Shown in pieces: positions 37,497 through 49,713 of a stretch of DNA of 64,000 bases. Source of the stretch: Haplodiscus bocki (Eukaryota); contig OZ296648.1 in NCBI GenBank assembly GCA_965655095.1, positions 164,858,001 to 164,922,000 on the forward strand, written 5' to 3'. Positions within the stretch are counted from its first letter, which is position 1. Each line of letters begins with the position of its first letter. A model generated the notes under the pieces. It did not search any database and was not told the DNA's origin. It saw only the letters and a program-made list of their open reading frames with translations. The position numbers and the translations under genes were made by a program.

Positions 37497-39075
37497 ATGC
37501 CTTCCCTCAATCGCAACAAAAAAGGAAAATTGTGAAAATTGCGGTACCAAAATTACACGACTCAATGTTGCGCATCACAAAAAAAGATGTTCCGCTGGAT
37601 CCCGTACATATTCTTCTTGCACCAACTTCTCGACAAAATCCCGAGATGAAGTGAACTATCAAATTGCCAAAAACACTCTAAAAGAAACTGCTAGGGTCGT
37701 TCATGCATGCAAAATTGAGACAAAGACTTGCACAGCTTTTACTTCTTGCGAGAACATAAGCGGCAAGGACATGGAGCACAGAGAAGTTCAGGTGCTCAAA
37801 ATGTTGATATTACACAACGAATGGGAGATGTTGACGACAGCAACCTTAAATAGAAACGAGAAACGTGCAAACACATTTTGGTGAACAGTGAGAGAGAGAA
37901 TGAGAGACAAAGAGGTTCGAACTTTGCCATGGATTCTCTGGATCCGATATATCTGTTGGAAAAGTTACATTTTGTGTTTGACGGTCTCAAATGAGCAGCT
38001 CAGCTGAATGCAGCATTCGGCTTTATGCTCAAATACGTAGAAGACGGGAGTTGTAAATATTCTTATGCACACGAAAATATTACACTATTGGAGAGATCTA
38101 AACCTGTGTCTACTACTTTATTCGACAAAAATCAAGAATCTACTAAGTAACACCGACGTCATGGAATCGTGTAGAAGACCGAGCCAACACAAAATGGAAG
38201 TCTTACAAGCTGACGAATGTTACAATTTTTGCAGCATTAGTCAAAAAAGTTCCCGTGGGCTGCAAAGACACTTATTGCCAGATCCACTATTGAAAAATCA
38301 TTCCGTCAAATGTTTAACATTTGAGGAGAATACCCGAAAGCCGTACAATGACAAGTTATGTTTCTTTAGATCTCTGGCGTTGCATTTAAGTAGAAATGAG
38401 AGACTCCAGGAGGTAACTTCCAAATTTTTCAATCTATTCCTCAAAAAAAAACAGCAGGGACTGATCCTGCAAATTTTGGAAGTGTTTTTTTGAAAGGTGT
38501 TGCAGCAGTGGAGGATATTGTTCAGGCAGATATCTTTGGTACGATATTCACATTGTAGACGGATCTTTGATTGGGGACCTTGCGAGGAAGAGCGTTGGGA
38601 AACACTCTGATACTGTACGGCTTTTACGTTATAATAGCCACATTTGCTGTGTCTCCAATATCGACGCTCTTTTCAAAGCCTATCGATGTCCATCGTGTGA
38701 TGAATCCATCAATAGAGGTCAAAACCTGGAGCGACATTTGGGTACTTGGAGAAAACGACTTTAAAAAGTTTTTCCAAAGAAGGTGTATCAACTGCGGGAA
38801 ACACTATTTGACAAATTAGACTCATCCAAAATCCCTTACTTGGATTTGACCAAACGCTCTTTCAGTACATGGCAATATTCGATTTCGAATCAATTTGTTT
38901 GCAAGAATATAAATTCCGCGATACCGATACTAAAACATGGAATATTAACCAGGGTTTAATATATGTATCAATTTCGTCCAACTTGATTGAACAATCAATG
39001 TTTTTATGCAATTCGAATCCCACGGCTTTGGTTGAGTCATTTGTTGATGTTCTTAATGGGTTAGGAACACTGATA
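37497..39075 (+). pseudogene. N-terminal part of pPolB-like protein with zinc fingers and ExoI motif, frameshifted and truncated
   Basis: MPSLNRN..CENCGTKITRLNVAHHKKRC, then DKLCFFRSLALHL, LLRYNSHICCVSNI..YRCPSCDESINRGQNLERHLGT, and AIFDFESIC (DxE, ~38875). These patterns are typical of Polinton PolB N-termini. Ends abruptly at ~39075. Confidence 0.72.
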
Positions 39076-39499
39076 ACCGTTTGAATATTTCAGACCAAAA
39101 ACTCAAAACTTTCACGTTTGGCATTAGAGAACAAAACAAAGGAACCGCAAAACCTCAAAGACAATAACTGGAGATGGAGCTTGTAACCAGGAAGAAACAA
39201 AATTAAATTATTTTGAGAGAGGCCTTTAGGTTACAACTGTGAGAACTTCTGCAAGACTCCAACTAGTCAAGTCATAAAATGATCAATTTTTTTGTAAACT
39301 TGCTGGGCCATGGCAAGTTCAATTACACTACCAATGCGGCCACGTTCAGTTCCAGACTCCAGTCCCCTGCAGTTCTCCCACACTTTCGAAGAAATATGCT
39401 CTAAAAGCGTCCTAATCCTCTGTCAAAAAAATGATTGACCATGAGTTTCTCATTCTTCATGTAGTGAGAAATTCAGATTTTTGGTAGATACAAGTTTTT

Positions 39500-39670
39500 T
39501 CTGGTATAACAGCGTTAACGGCGTTCAACCGGAACACTAAAAGCATTAACGGCGTTCCTTGTCGGTATAAAGGCGTTAACGGCGTTTTGCTAGTAAGTAA
39601 ACGGCGTTATCGGCGTTTACGCGATTATAGCGGAAAAATAGCGGCGTTTTCCCAGATAGTTCGACCCGGG
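39500..39670. mobile_element. Orphan right arm of a CCCGGG element, GGCGTT subfamily
   Basis: gcgttaacggcgtt repeated about every 30 bp, ending ttcgacccggg. Left end not found. Confidence 0.65.
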
Positions 39671-41149
39671 CACCATTCAGTTCCAATGCAGTGAAATTGA
39701 TAACATTAAAGTTTTATCCATAATCCAGACAAAAATTTTCATACACTTTTTTTTATCTCGGAAAGTTTTCAATGACAAACTTTCGAGATGTCACTACCAA
39801 AAACACTCATTGGTCTTCTGATGAGCTTGGATGCTGAGGATCGCTGTCACAGAGACATCCAGCTACGTCCAGACTACGCCACGGCCTCACACTACCAGAA
39901 ACTTTTTTTGGTCGAAAACGACACTACCTCAAAAAACATCAACGCTTTAAAAACGGCTCCGCTGCACCCTCTTCAAAACTGAAACTCAACAACATCCATT
40001 CATTCCGTGGAAATAATGACCCCTGTCAGCCCTGACAGTGATTTAATGTAAACTTTGATGAAAGAAGCGAAGCTAGTATTTTTGGGGATTAGATTTTGAA
40101 AAAAAACTGTCAATCTGAATGATCAATTTCGTATTTTTGGCCTATCGTGATGGAAAAAGAACGGAACAAATCCGAGAAACAGAACCCGAGTCAAAATGGT
40201 TAAACAGCCTTGTGAATTTGGAACTTTTTCGATTCAAAGCTTCATTGGAGATATCAAGCCAACAGATCATATGCCCTTGAATAACGAGGATAGGCTGTAC
40301 TAGTTTTTTCGACATTCACTCTATTCCAAAAATCTTTTCACGACTACGAAAACAACTGCAAAGCGACTTTTTACTATTAGAACATGATCCAATGAAACGT
40401 TAAAACAAGTAATAAAGTAAGTTCATTTTGGTAGAACTGAAGAAAAAAATTTTGAGTTCTCAAAATTTTCACAATTTCTGTCAGTTTCAGCTAATCCGGA
40501 TACCTTTTCGAGAAACAGGAAGCACAATTTTTTTGTGAATTATTTTGTTTTGAAGGACGAGTTTAAAATGAGAACTTTGTAGAAAACATGAAGGCTGGTA
40601 GTCCTGAGAAAAAATCAGTAAAATCTTTGGAAGTGAACATTATTAACACTTTTGGTTGCTTTAGCTAATCAAAATATCCACAGAGGACGCAAAACGAAGG
40701 CTGCTTTTGTCCCGGAAATTTTCGCCTAAGGAAGACTGAATGCTGAAAGAATTCTTGATTGGAGGGAACTTTTTTGTAGTTCCGCAAAAATTGAGTTTGA
40801 ATTTCGTGAAACGTAGATACTTTTCCACCTTCTGTTTAAACCAAACAACCTTGCACTGAAACTTAGAAAAGCGATGATTTGCATAGTGACACATCTTCAA
40901 CGTTGAAAGAAATTATGGTTGTCAAGTTCTGGTTTGGCGAAAACAAGTTTGAATTTTCAAAAAAACAACTGCTAATTAGAAAATCTCATTTTTTCGGCTT
41001 TTCAAGATTGCAAAATCAGCACAGATACTTGAGTATGTTCCTGAGAAATTACTCTCATAAAACATTTCTGTACTCATTTCAAACGAGCCCCTATTGTTAC
41101 TTCAAGTCACTTAATTTCAAAGGAGCGCTTCTTCAGGATCGCTTTTTTC

Positions 41150-44100
41150 TAATAAAAAGTATGTGATCCAAAATTGTTTCAGAAGCACAAAGTGTTGATT
41201 GAAACCACTCATCAAAAAAGTTTTCCGCTGAAAAATTCACACAAGACTTTTTCCTTGCACCAATTTCAGTAACCAAGAGCTTACTGAAACTCAAAATTTT
41301 CATTTTGAGCACCTTTTTGAGATTCTGTTTGATTTCTTAAAGCTGCTCATCTGTAAATTGCTCTAAAATGTTATGGTTTCAATTTAGGTCTTTTAATGAA
41401 AACTTTTTTCAAGCTCAACTGCTCATTCGAAATCTTATGTTGAAGGTTGAAGCAACAAATTAATATATGTAAGCCGATATGAGCGGGGGCAATTTTTCAG
41501 GTATTGCTTCTTTCTCCGAAAATGCTTGTCCGAGAATTGCTTTGAAAGCATCTGCAGTCGAAGTTTGTATTTTTCAAAATAGTCTTCGTCATGACTTTCA
41601 CATTTATTTCAAATTCTTCAATGTTTTTGTCGACAATTTACTCTCAGTCTGAAGATTCTCCAAGCGGACCGTCTTTTTGATAATGAACGTCTTTTGGCGA
41701 AACTGGCCCTCCAAAACCAAATGATTCCGAGATTAGTCATCAAACGAAATATTTTACGCCTGAACTTTTCCCTTACTTCTTTCTTTTCGCGTTGGTAGTT
41801 TCAATAATCTTCACTTTATTATTTTTTTTGTTTTAATTAGGTTTAATTGTTTTTCGAGACCTTGTTTTAGTTTCTGACTATGATCGTCGATAAATTACTT
41901 CGAAAGAACATGATGTCTATTTGAGACCAATTCCGAAAAAGTTTTCTTCTTGAACTTATCAATAGAATTTTGTATACAAAACTTAATTGACAGCCTACTT
42001 TTTGCAGATTCCTTAAAATTTAGCATAGTTGCGATATTTTTTCTTCTCAAAAAAAAGGTCTAACAATTGTTTCAAATGCATATGATGTCAATTTAAATCA
42101 ATTTACGAAAAGGTTTACTTTGGAACAACTCTTTGAAATCTTCACAAAAATGGCTGAAGAAACAGCATATATTCTACGGATTCTTTTAACAGGACCCTGT
42201 TTTGTTGTTGTTTTCATTCCTTAACGGTGATTGTCCAAAGGATGCTTGAAAAGTCTGAGATGCCGATTTCAATCGATTATCAAATCCATTATTGTGGTGA
42301 ACAACTAACTCAATTTGTATCATTTGAGTTTCAAACGGAAACCTGAATCTGATCAAAATATATATTTGTGTGGCACCACGTTGAAATTCTGTATCTTTAC
42401 TGTAAATTAGTGATCGAAACATTTCTCCAGAAGAATAAAGTTCTGATTTCAAGGAATTCTTATAAAATATTTGTTTTTAAACTACTGAAGCAAAAAACTT
42501 CTTTTACTGATATTTGCTTAAAAAACAGCCTACTGTGAGTCGAATGATGAAAATCGAGCATTTTTTCAAGATTTTGCTTCATATTCTGACAATTATCGTC
42601 CAAACAATGCTTTAAGAGCGTTGGATGTCGATTTGAGTTCTTGTTCAAATTGGATTTTCTTTTAACCACTCTTTTAATTTCTTACAGCTTCCTTTTTTCT
42701 ATACAACTTAATCCACCGACTTCTATCTTCAAGTTCTTTTAACTGGAGCGCATTTTTAAGATTTCAAAATGCGCGAAGGGATTGTGCTAAGTCTGTGATC
42801 TCAACTTCAACCAGTTTTCAAAAGGAGTTAGTCTTGAGCCCCTCATTCTTTTGCTTACACTAACAACGGCTCAATCAACATCTGACTCCAACTTGGACAT
42901 ATTTAAGGGAGCTCCTCTTTGAGTGAGTGATTCCATCTGCAAAATTGACCATCAAATTATACTGCAAAACCAAATGACTCTGATTTCAGCCAATTATCAT
43001 AATGGCTTTCTTCTTAAACTACCAACTCATTTCTTTCAGTACGGCAATCTCAGTAATTTACGGCCCAAAAATGGTTGGTTGAGTTAGCCTGAGAGTTTTT
43101 TCCAAATATTGTCTAATTCTTTGAAATTAATGGTCCTGACGCAGCTTCAACTACCTCCAATTCGACAGTTTACCACAAGCAGATACATTGGAGCAAAGCA
43201 CAGAACTGATACTAATCGCTAACTTCCCTTTTTTAACGCCCTAGTGGACAGCATAAAAATCGTAGATTCATTCAATTGCAGCATTTGATTAATTCCTGGT
43301 TCGATTGTTAAAAAATTGAATGTTCCGAGACTGCTCTGAAGTTAGAAGAATCCGATTACCAAAAATGTTTCCATGCTACAAAACTCACACAATTGCTTTC
43401 AGGCTTTGCCTTAGCGGGAGCGTATTACATCTTGCTGGGAACAAGTGGCGCAAAATTTCGAGTTTTGCTTCATTCTGTAAAAATGTTGAATCAAGAATTG
43501 TTTTGAAAGTGTATGATTTCGGGTTGGTTTTTTTCGAACGTTTTCACCCGCAATTACTCAATCTATCCCCTTTCGTTGCAGCCTAAACATCTGCTTACAA
43601 ATCGACATTTGATTAGTGTGGCAAGGTTTTCGATATCCAAAAAAAGTTCGAAAGTAAAATATGGTCGAATGATTGCTTCAAAGCACTTGGAGTTGATCTT
43701 GTTTGGCTTTAATTGTTTTGGTTTTAAATTTCTGGCTTTCTCACTTTCTATGTCAACCACTTCGACAAGAATTTTTCTGTGTTTTCTGTGGATTTTTTTG
43801 CAGCCTAGCTTTTTTTCAGCATTTCGTTCTCTTCTTAGCAATGATGCTTCAGAACCAAATCACCTTCATTCCAATCAAATATCAAAATGTCTTTATTGGT
43901 GAACTATTCCCTCAATTTTTCTAAATTACGGTATTTTGGATCTTGATTACCTTACTAATAAGCCATTTAATTCAAAACAGAAATTTTGACGAATTAGTTT
44001 CAAATTGTGAACAGGGTTGTCTGCAACTTGAACTGAAAACAAACAAACTTGATCTCAATGCCTCATCAAAAACAGTAAACTTTCAAACTAAATCTCCATA

Positions 44101-47100
44101 TACTTCAGTTTACGACTCCTTTTTTAGTCGACAACTTACTGTAGGTTCATTAACTTGAGTTATCTTAGATAATCCAAAATTCTTTTCAAATGCATAGCCT
44201 GTCGATTTCGATCAATTTCCAGAATGGTTTCCTTGTTCAACTACTCAGTCATATCTTTCCATTCAACGCCTAATAGGCAGTTTAATGTTTGTTGATGTAT
44301 ATAAGTTGAGCATTTTTTGTATGTCATGATCGGATGTAACCAACAAAGGTCCAAACGTTGCTACAAAAGCAACGTATGTCCTTCTCAATCCTTCTCAAAA
44401 GTACAGTTCTCCTCCTGCACTACTGGCTCTTTTCCTTTCGCTCACCGAGTTCTTCAAAATGGTCAATTTACAAGGTAATCAATCATTCAAGTGGATATTT
44501 TGTGATGTTTTGTTCCATCTTCTGGGAAGATGATCCTACGATTGCTTCAAAGGCAAACGATCGGGATTCCAGTCAAGTAACACATTTGTTGCTCCTATTT
44601 TACTCTCTCAATTCTTTTCTGATATGTGGTTTTCAGTTGCTGACCGTAAACTTGTTGAATTGGGCTTTTTTAAAACTTCTTTCCGTTTCTTTGACAAAAG
44701 CGGTTCAAATATTGCCTGAAAAGCATTTGATTCTCAGTTAAATCTTTAACGGAAACAGTTCTCCTCTCAAGCCTACTAGTTCGAATGCATTCGTTTATAC
44801 AATTTTCTTCAGCGTACTATGTGTCAATACAAATGAGTTGGGGACGTTTTGAGAGGATGAAAATTTTTTTTTTAAACGCTGGTCACACAATGCTTCCGAA
44901 GAATATGATTTACTGTTCCTGTTGTTTTTTGGAAGAATGAAAATCTCCCAATCAAAGTTTCAATTTGCTTTGTCTGCAATTCAAAAAGTAACCTATTGTT
45001 TGTTGGTGGATTTAAGAGAAATAGTTTTTACAGTAATCTTTTCATTCCGTTGAAATGATTGTCCAATTTTTGCTTCAAACCCATATGATGTCGAATTTTG
45101 TCAGCCAAAAAGTTGGTTTCTTTTCTACGTAGTCTGTCTTTTCCGTACTTTGACAGCCTAAATTTCAGCTCACTAGTTGGAATTTTTTTTGAGTAAAGCC
45201 ATTTGTTGTGAGTTTGCTCTATTTTTCAAAAGATGATTTTCCAAATGTCGCTTCAGAAGCATGTCAGCATAATTCAAGTGAAAATTTCAAACGATCTTCA
45301 TCCAAAACTAATCAGAGACATCCTTTCGTCTACTGTTTAAACGGTACCTTGCGTCATGTCAAGTTGTTCAAATTGATCATTTTTCTGATTTTTGCTCGGG
45401 CTTTTAATTTCAAAAAATGTGATGATCCAATAATTGCTTCAAAAACATTGGATGTCCATCTCAGTGAAGTTCCAAAGTGTTATTCAACATTTTTTCACAC
45501 CGTACTGCTTTCAGTCAAAAACTTGCCAACAGTTTTTCCATTTGTATGTTCATAATATCGGAGTAAATTTCGAGAGTTTTTTCTATTTTCAATTTACGAA
45601 AGTCCAAATATTGTTTGGGAAACATTAGTTTCGGCTTCAGACGCTCATCAAAATTGTTTTCATCTCAAATTGCTGTCTCAAGTCCTATAAATTGCAAATT
45701 ATTCTTTTTATTCTCAATGGAGGTGAATTGGGGACTATTTCGAGTTGTTGATTGGTTTGATAATGATGATTGAGAATTTGATGTAAACCTAGGTGTTCGG
45801 TCCTTTTATCAAACGGTTTTCTTCTGAGCTTACTCTCTGAATTACGCACTATTTCGGTTACACACTATTTGACAGCTTTTTATTTGTATAGTTTTTTAGG
45901 ACAACCACTCTGCGGGGTCTTTTACCTGATAAAATGAATGATAATCCGAAAATGATTTCAATTTCATAGATTTTCTAGATTAGCTTTCCTTCTATTCTAT
46001 TTGCCTTTTCCCCCTTCAATTACCACTTAACCTACAGTCTAGTGTATGGCAAGTGTTTTTTCAGTGGGGCAAAACGTCAAAATTTTGACTATTCTTAACA
46101 GGAGGTTGGTCCAAAAGTCCTTTCGAAAACCCAAATTTTCATTTCAGTCAGTTATCATACAAACTTGTTTTCTTCATAAACGATTAGATCACTTGTTTTT
46201 AAGTATAGGCTTTTCAACAGCTTACTACTATATGTCAATTTTTTTAGTTTGGTTGTTTTTCCAGATTTGGTTTTCCTTCAATTTTTGAAACAAATGGTTC
46301 AAAGAATGCTTCAGAGAAAAAGAATTTGTTTTAGGTCGGTTGTTCCGAATGGTTTTTCTCTCAAACTAATCATTAATTTCTTTTAGGTTTCTCTTAAATT
46401 GACAGCGTCATTAATATAGATTTTTCCAGGTAGAGCACTTTTTCTCCACGTTCTTTTTGAACAAACGAGGCTCCAACGATTGCTTCAAAAGCGTATGGTT
46501 TCAGTTTCCGTGAATTCAAAGAACGGTTTCACTCTTTTTTTAATTTGTTTTTTTTTCATTTACAGTTTAGTCAAGGTCTATTTTACCTTAAATCTATGTT
46601 GGGGAGTGTTTTTTGGGAGTATCTCTCAATCTTTTTAGAGAAAAATTGTTAACCAATTTTTGCTTCGAAAGTAAATGATGCGAGTTTTGTCCAGCCTTAA
46701 CATCATTTTTTTCTTGAACTCTCGATTTCTTATTCTAACGTCCTATTTTACTGCCGAATAAAAAGAATTTTCTGACCGTAGCATTTTGCAGATACTTCAA
46801 TTCCTTTTTAAAACAAATACAGGCCAAAAATCTTTTAAAAAGCCTATAATGTCAGTTGTATTCAAATTTGAAACTGTTTCTACTCCTAAAAAACTCAATC
46901 AAATCCATTCTTTCACAGCTTAAACTGCAGCTTGCCGTAACCATTTCTTTCGATTGACCCCTTTTTCTGGTTTCCGTTTTTTTAATTTTGAAAAATAATC
47001 CAAAGACTACTCAGAAAGCATAGGATTGCGACTTCAGTAAAATTCCGGATTTTTTCTTGTCTATCTTTAATGCCAAAATGCTTCAATTAGAATAATTTTT

Positions 47101-47850
47101 TCAAGATTTTTGTTTTCAGATGGAGGCAGGTGGGCATGCTTCAAGACTCTGTTTGTTTTCCAGAAAATTGAAAGTCCAAAGATTATCTCGAAAGGATCAG
47201 TTTCAACTTTGGTCATTCATCAGAATTGTTCTCAACTTAAACTACTGTCTCAAATTCTTGATATCGCGGATTAAATCACAGCCTATTTGATGTCGATCAT
47301 GGTAAGTGGCGCACTTTCCCTGGGTTTTTTATATCTCTAAAGCTGATGGACGAAACGAAAAGACTTTGATATCGATTTCAGTTGTTTTCCCAATTGCTTT
47401 CCTTACTAAATGCATTTTATTTTTGGAGAAACACTCTCTGGGAACTTTTTCTTCATTAAAATAATGATATTCAAAAGTAGCTCTAAAAATTTATTTGATT
47501 TGGATTTTAGTGGATTTCAATAGTAATTTTCCTCTTTTTCACTTCAATTACAAATCAACCCATAGCCTACTGTATACCTATTTCTTCATATGGAGCATTA
47601 CTTCAAATTTTTGTTTGTATGGTTAAAATTTTGCGTCAAAAATGTATGTTTTGATTTCAGTCAATCATCAAATTTGTTTTCCTCCTAAACCACTCGCTCA
47701 CTTTTTTTCAAAAAAAAACGACCCGTTTGATGGTGCAAGTGTTGCTTCAAAGGCATATAATTTCAACTTCAATCATTTTCAAGCTGGTTTTCCTCCCAGG
47801 TTAATCACTCAATTTCCTTCATCCATGGATGACTGAATCAAATTGCCATT
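41150..47850. repeat. Cryptic ~177-bp tandem array, family B (~35-38 monomers)
   Basis: attgcttcaaaagcatatga-like anchor at, e.g., 41175, 41538, 41896, 42068, 42243, 43674, 43845, 44543, 44713, 44891, 45071, 45249, 45435, 46306, 46481 and 46660 (31 periods in 5485 bp). Confidence 0.75.
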
Positions 47851-49713
47851 CTGTGTAAAGTGATATACCCGGTGCCATTTTTTTTAGTTTATGGTTTTTT
47901 AAAAAACATTTTTCAATCCAAACTGTTTTTTTCCAACATTCAATCATGAAGAAACGCTTTTTTGGCGAGCTATCAATTATTCAATAGCAAATCCCCTTGG
48001 TCGTCTGCAAAGTTTTTATTTGCCTCTAGTGATATTTTGTTTTGCCAATTGTTTTGATTTCGTGATTTTTGATGGGTTTCAGAAGATTTGCATCAATTTT
48101 GTCAGAAAGCTTAAAGTATCTCTTGGTCTATTTTCAATTGATCATGCAAGACTCCCAGCAATGTTCCCGTTGAAAAAAGTTTCGATCTTGAATTCTCAGT
48201 TAGAAAGCGTGCACATTTTTGGCTGGCTTTCAAACCCTTCAGATCGTGAACCCCTCCAAGCACATATATGAGTTCAAACATTTATCCTGTGCAAAAGTTA
48301 CATTTTGCAGTCTAGTCACATCCAGTGTAAACGGTCAAAAGTGGCCTATTTTTGGTAGGTACTTGTTCATATTCACGTTATGTATTGTGCAAACTTCTGA
48401 CATATTGGGCAAAACGGCGTAACCTGAAAATACATAACTGACTGATCAATTTTTTTTACAAAGAGAAAGTGTTGCAGGTATTTGTTCATTTTTGCATTGC
48501 TCAGTGTAAACTTCTTACACATTCGGCAGCAAAATGGAACTGCCGGAACTTTATACAGCCTGCTGTACCAACTAAATGTTGTTCTTGATCACAAACTGTC
48601 CATTTTTTGTTTTTTGTTCGAAAATTTTCCGCCAAGCAGCACTTGGTCATAGAATCCCTTTTTACTCGCAGAAATTTTTGAAATCCGTGGAAACTCTTTC
48701 GGAAACGACTTTTTCTCAGCGCCTATCTGAGCTCATGGTGTTATGTTTTGAAAAGCACCACTGCAAGACTCAGAGGTTTATTTTGGCGGTAATCACTGTC
48801 CTCCAAGTGTTTTTTTTTCGAAAGCATTTTATGGTATGATCAAAAAAAGAATGTGGTAAAATTAAGGTATGAATGTAGAACTTGTTCCTTCTTAACAACA
48901 GAACATGGCGCAAAAACTGATGAGTTTGTTTCGGATGGATTGAAGTTGGGGTTGAGGTCAGGGCTTTTACTTGCTAAAATTTTTTCAGTAGAATTTGGGT
49001 GGTAAATGTAAACTTCGAACATATTATTTTCTTGCCAGAATAAATCTAATTTCTTGGTTTCTGACTTTCAAAAGTGCCATGTTTAGGCGTCAAAACGGCC
49101 TAAATTTCCGAACCAAGTACAACTTTTGTTTCATGTCTTCCACGGGCGCCGCGAACTGACTCGATGCTCAATATATGCGGTCCTTCCGCGAGTTTGGTTT
49201 GCTTCGACAGAAAAATGAACGTCTCTGGTAAATGATTTTCAAATTTTACACACTACAGCCTCAAAAGCCCCATTTGGCAGACTACAAACAGCTCTGAAAG
49301 AAATTAATGCTGAGAAAGAACTCTGCCAAGGACTTTGTGTGTGGCGCGAAACCTCGCGGTAAATTTTTAGCGCTTTTATTTCTGAGGGTTCCCGTCCTGA
49401 TCTTGTGCCGTAACCTCTGCGTTTTTCGACCTGCAAGCATCATATCCCAGAGCGTATTAATCGAATTTTTGATGAAAACTTCGGGGCACGCTCGTAGGTG
49501 ACCATCTCGCATACTTTGAGCCTCCGGAAATTTTTCGGTGAGAAGTTATCACCGAGAACAATCTGAAAATACAAAAAACTTACATGACGATTTCCTAAAT
49601 GTCAGATCTATCTGTACCAAATGCACACAATGGGTGCGTGCGCTTGCCGATTTGATGGAAAACAAAAAAAGGCAGTCGCACTGCGATGTTTCCCCTCGAG
49701 GTGGCACTGAGAT

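Larger units (their letters stand above)
32265..39075. mobile_element. Decayed Polinton/Maverick(adintovirus)-like element segment
   Basis: Intronless, tightly packed decayed ORFs on the minus strand, arranged head-to-head with a PolB-like N-terminal pseudogene. Capsid, ATPase, protease and integrase genes are not seen in this window. Confidence 0.65.
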
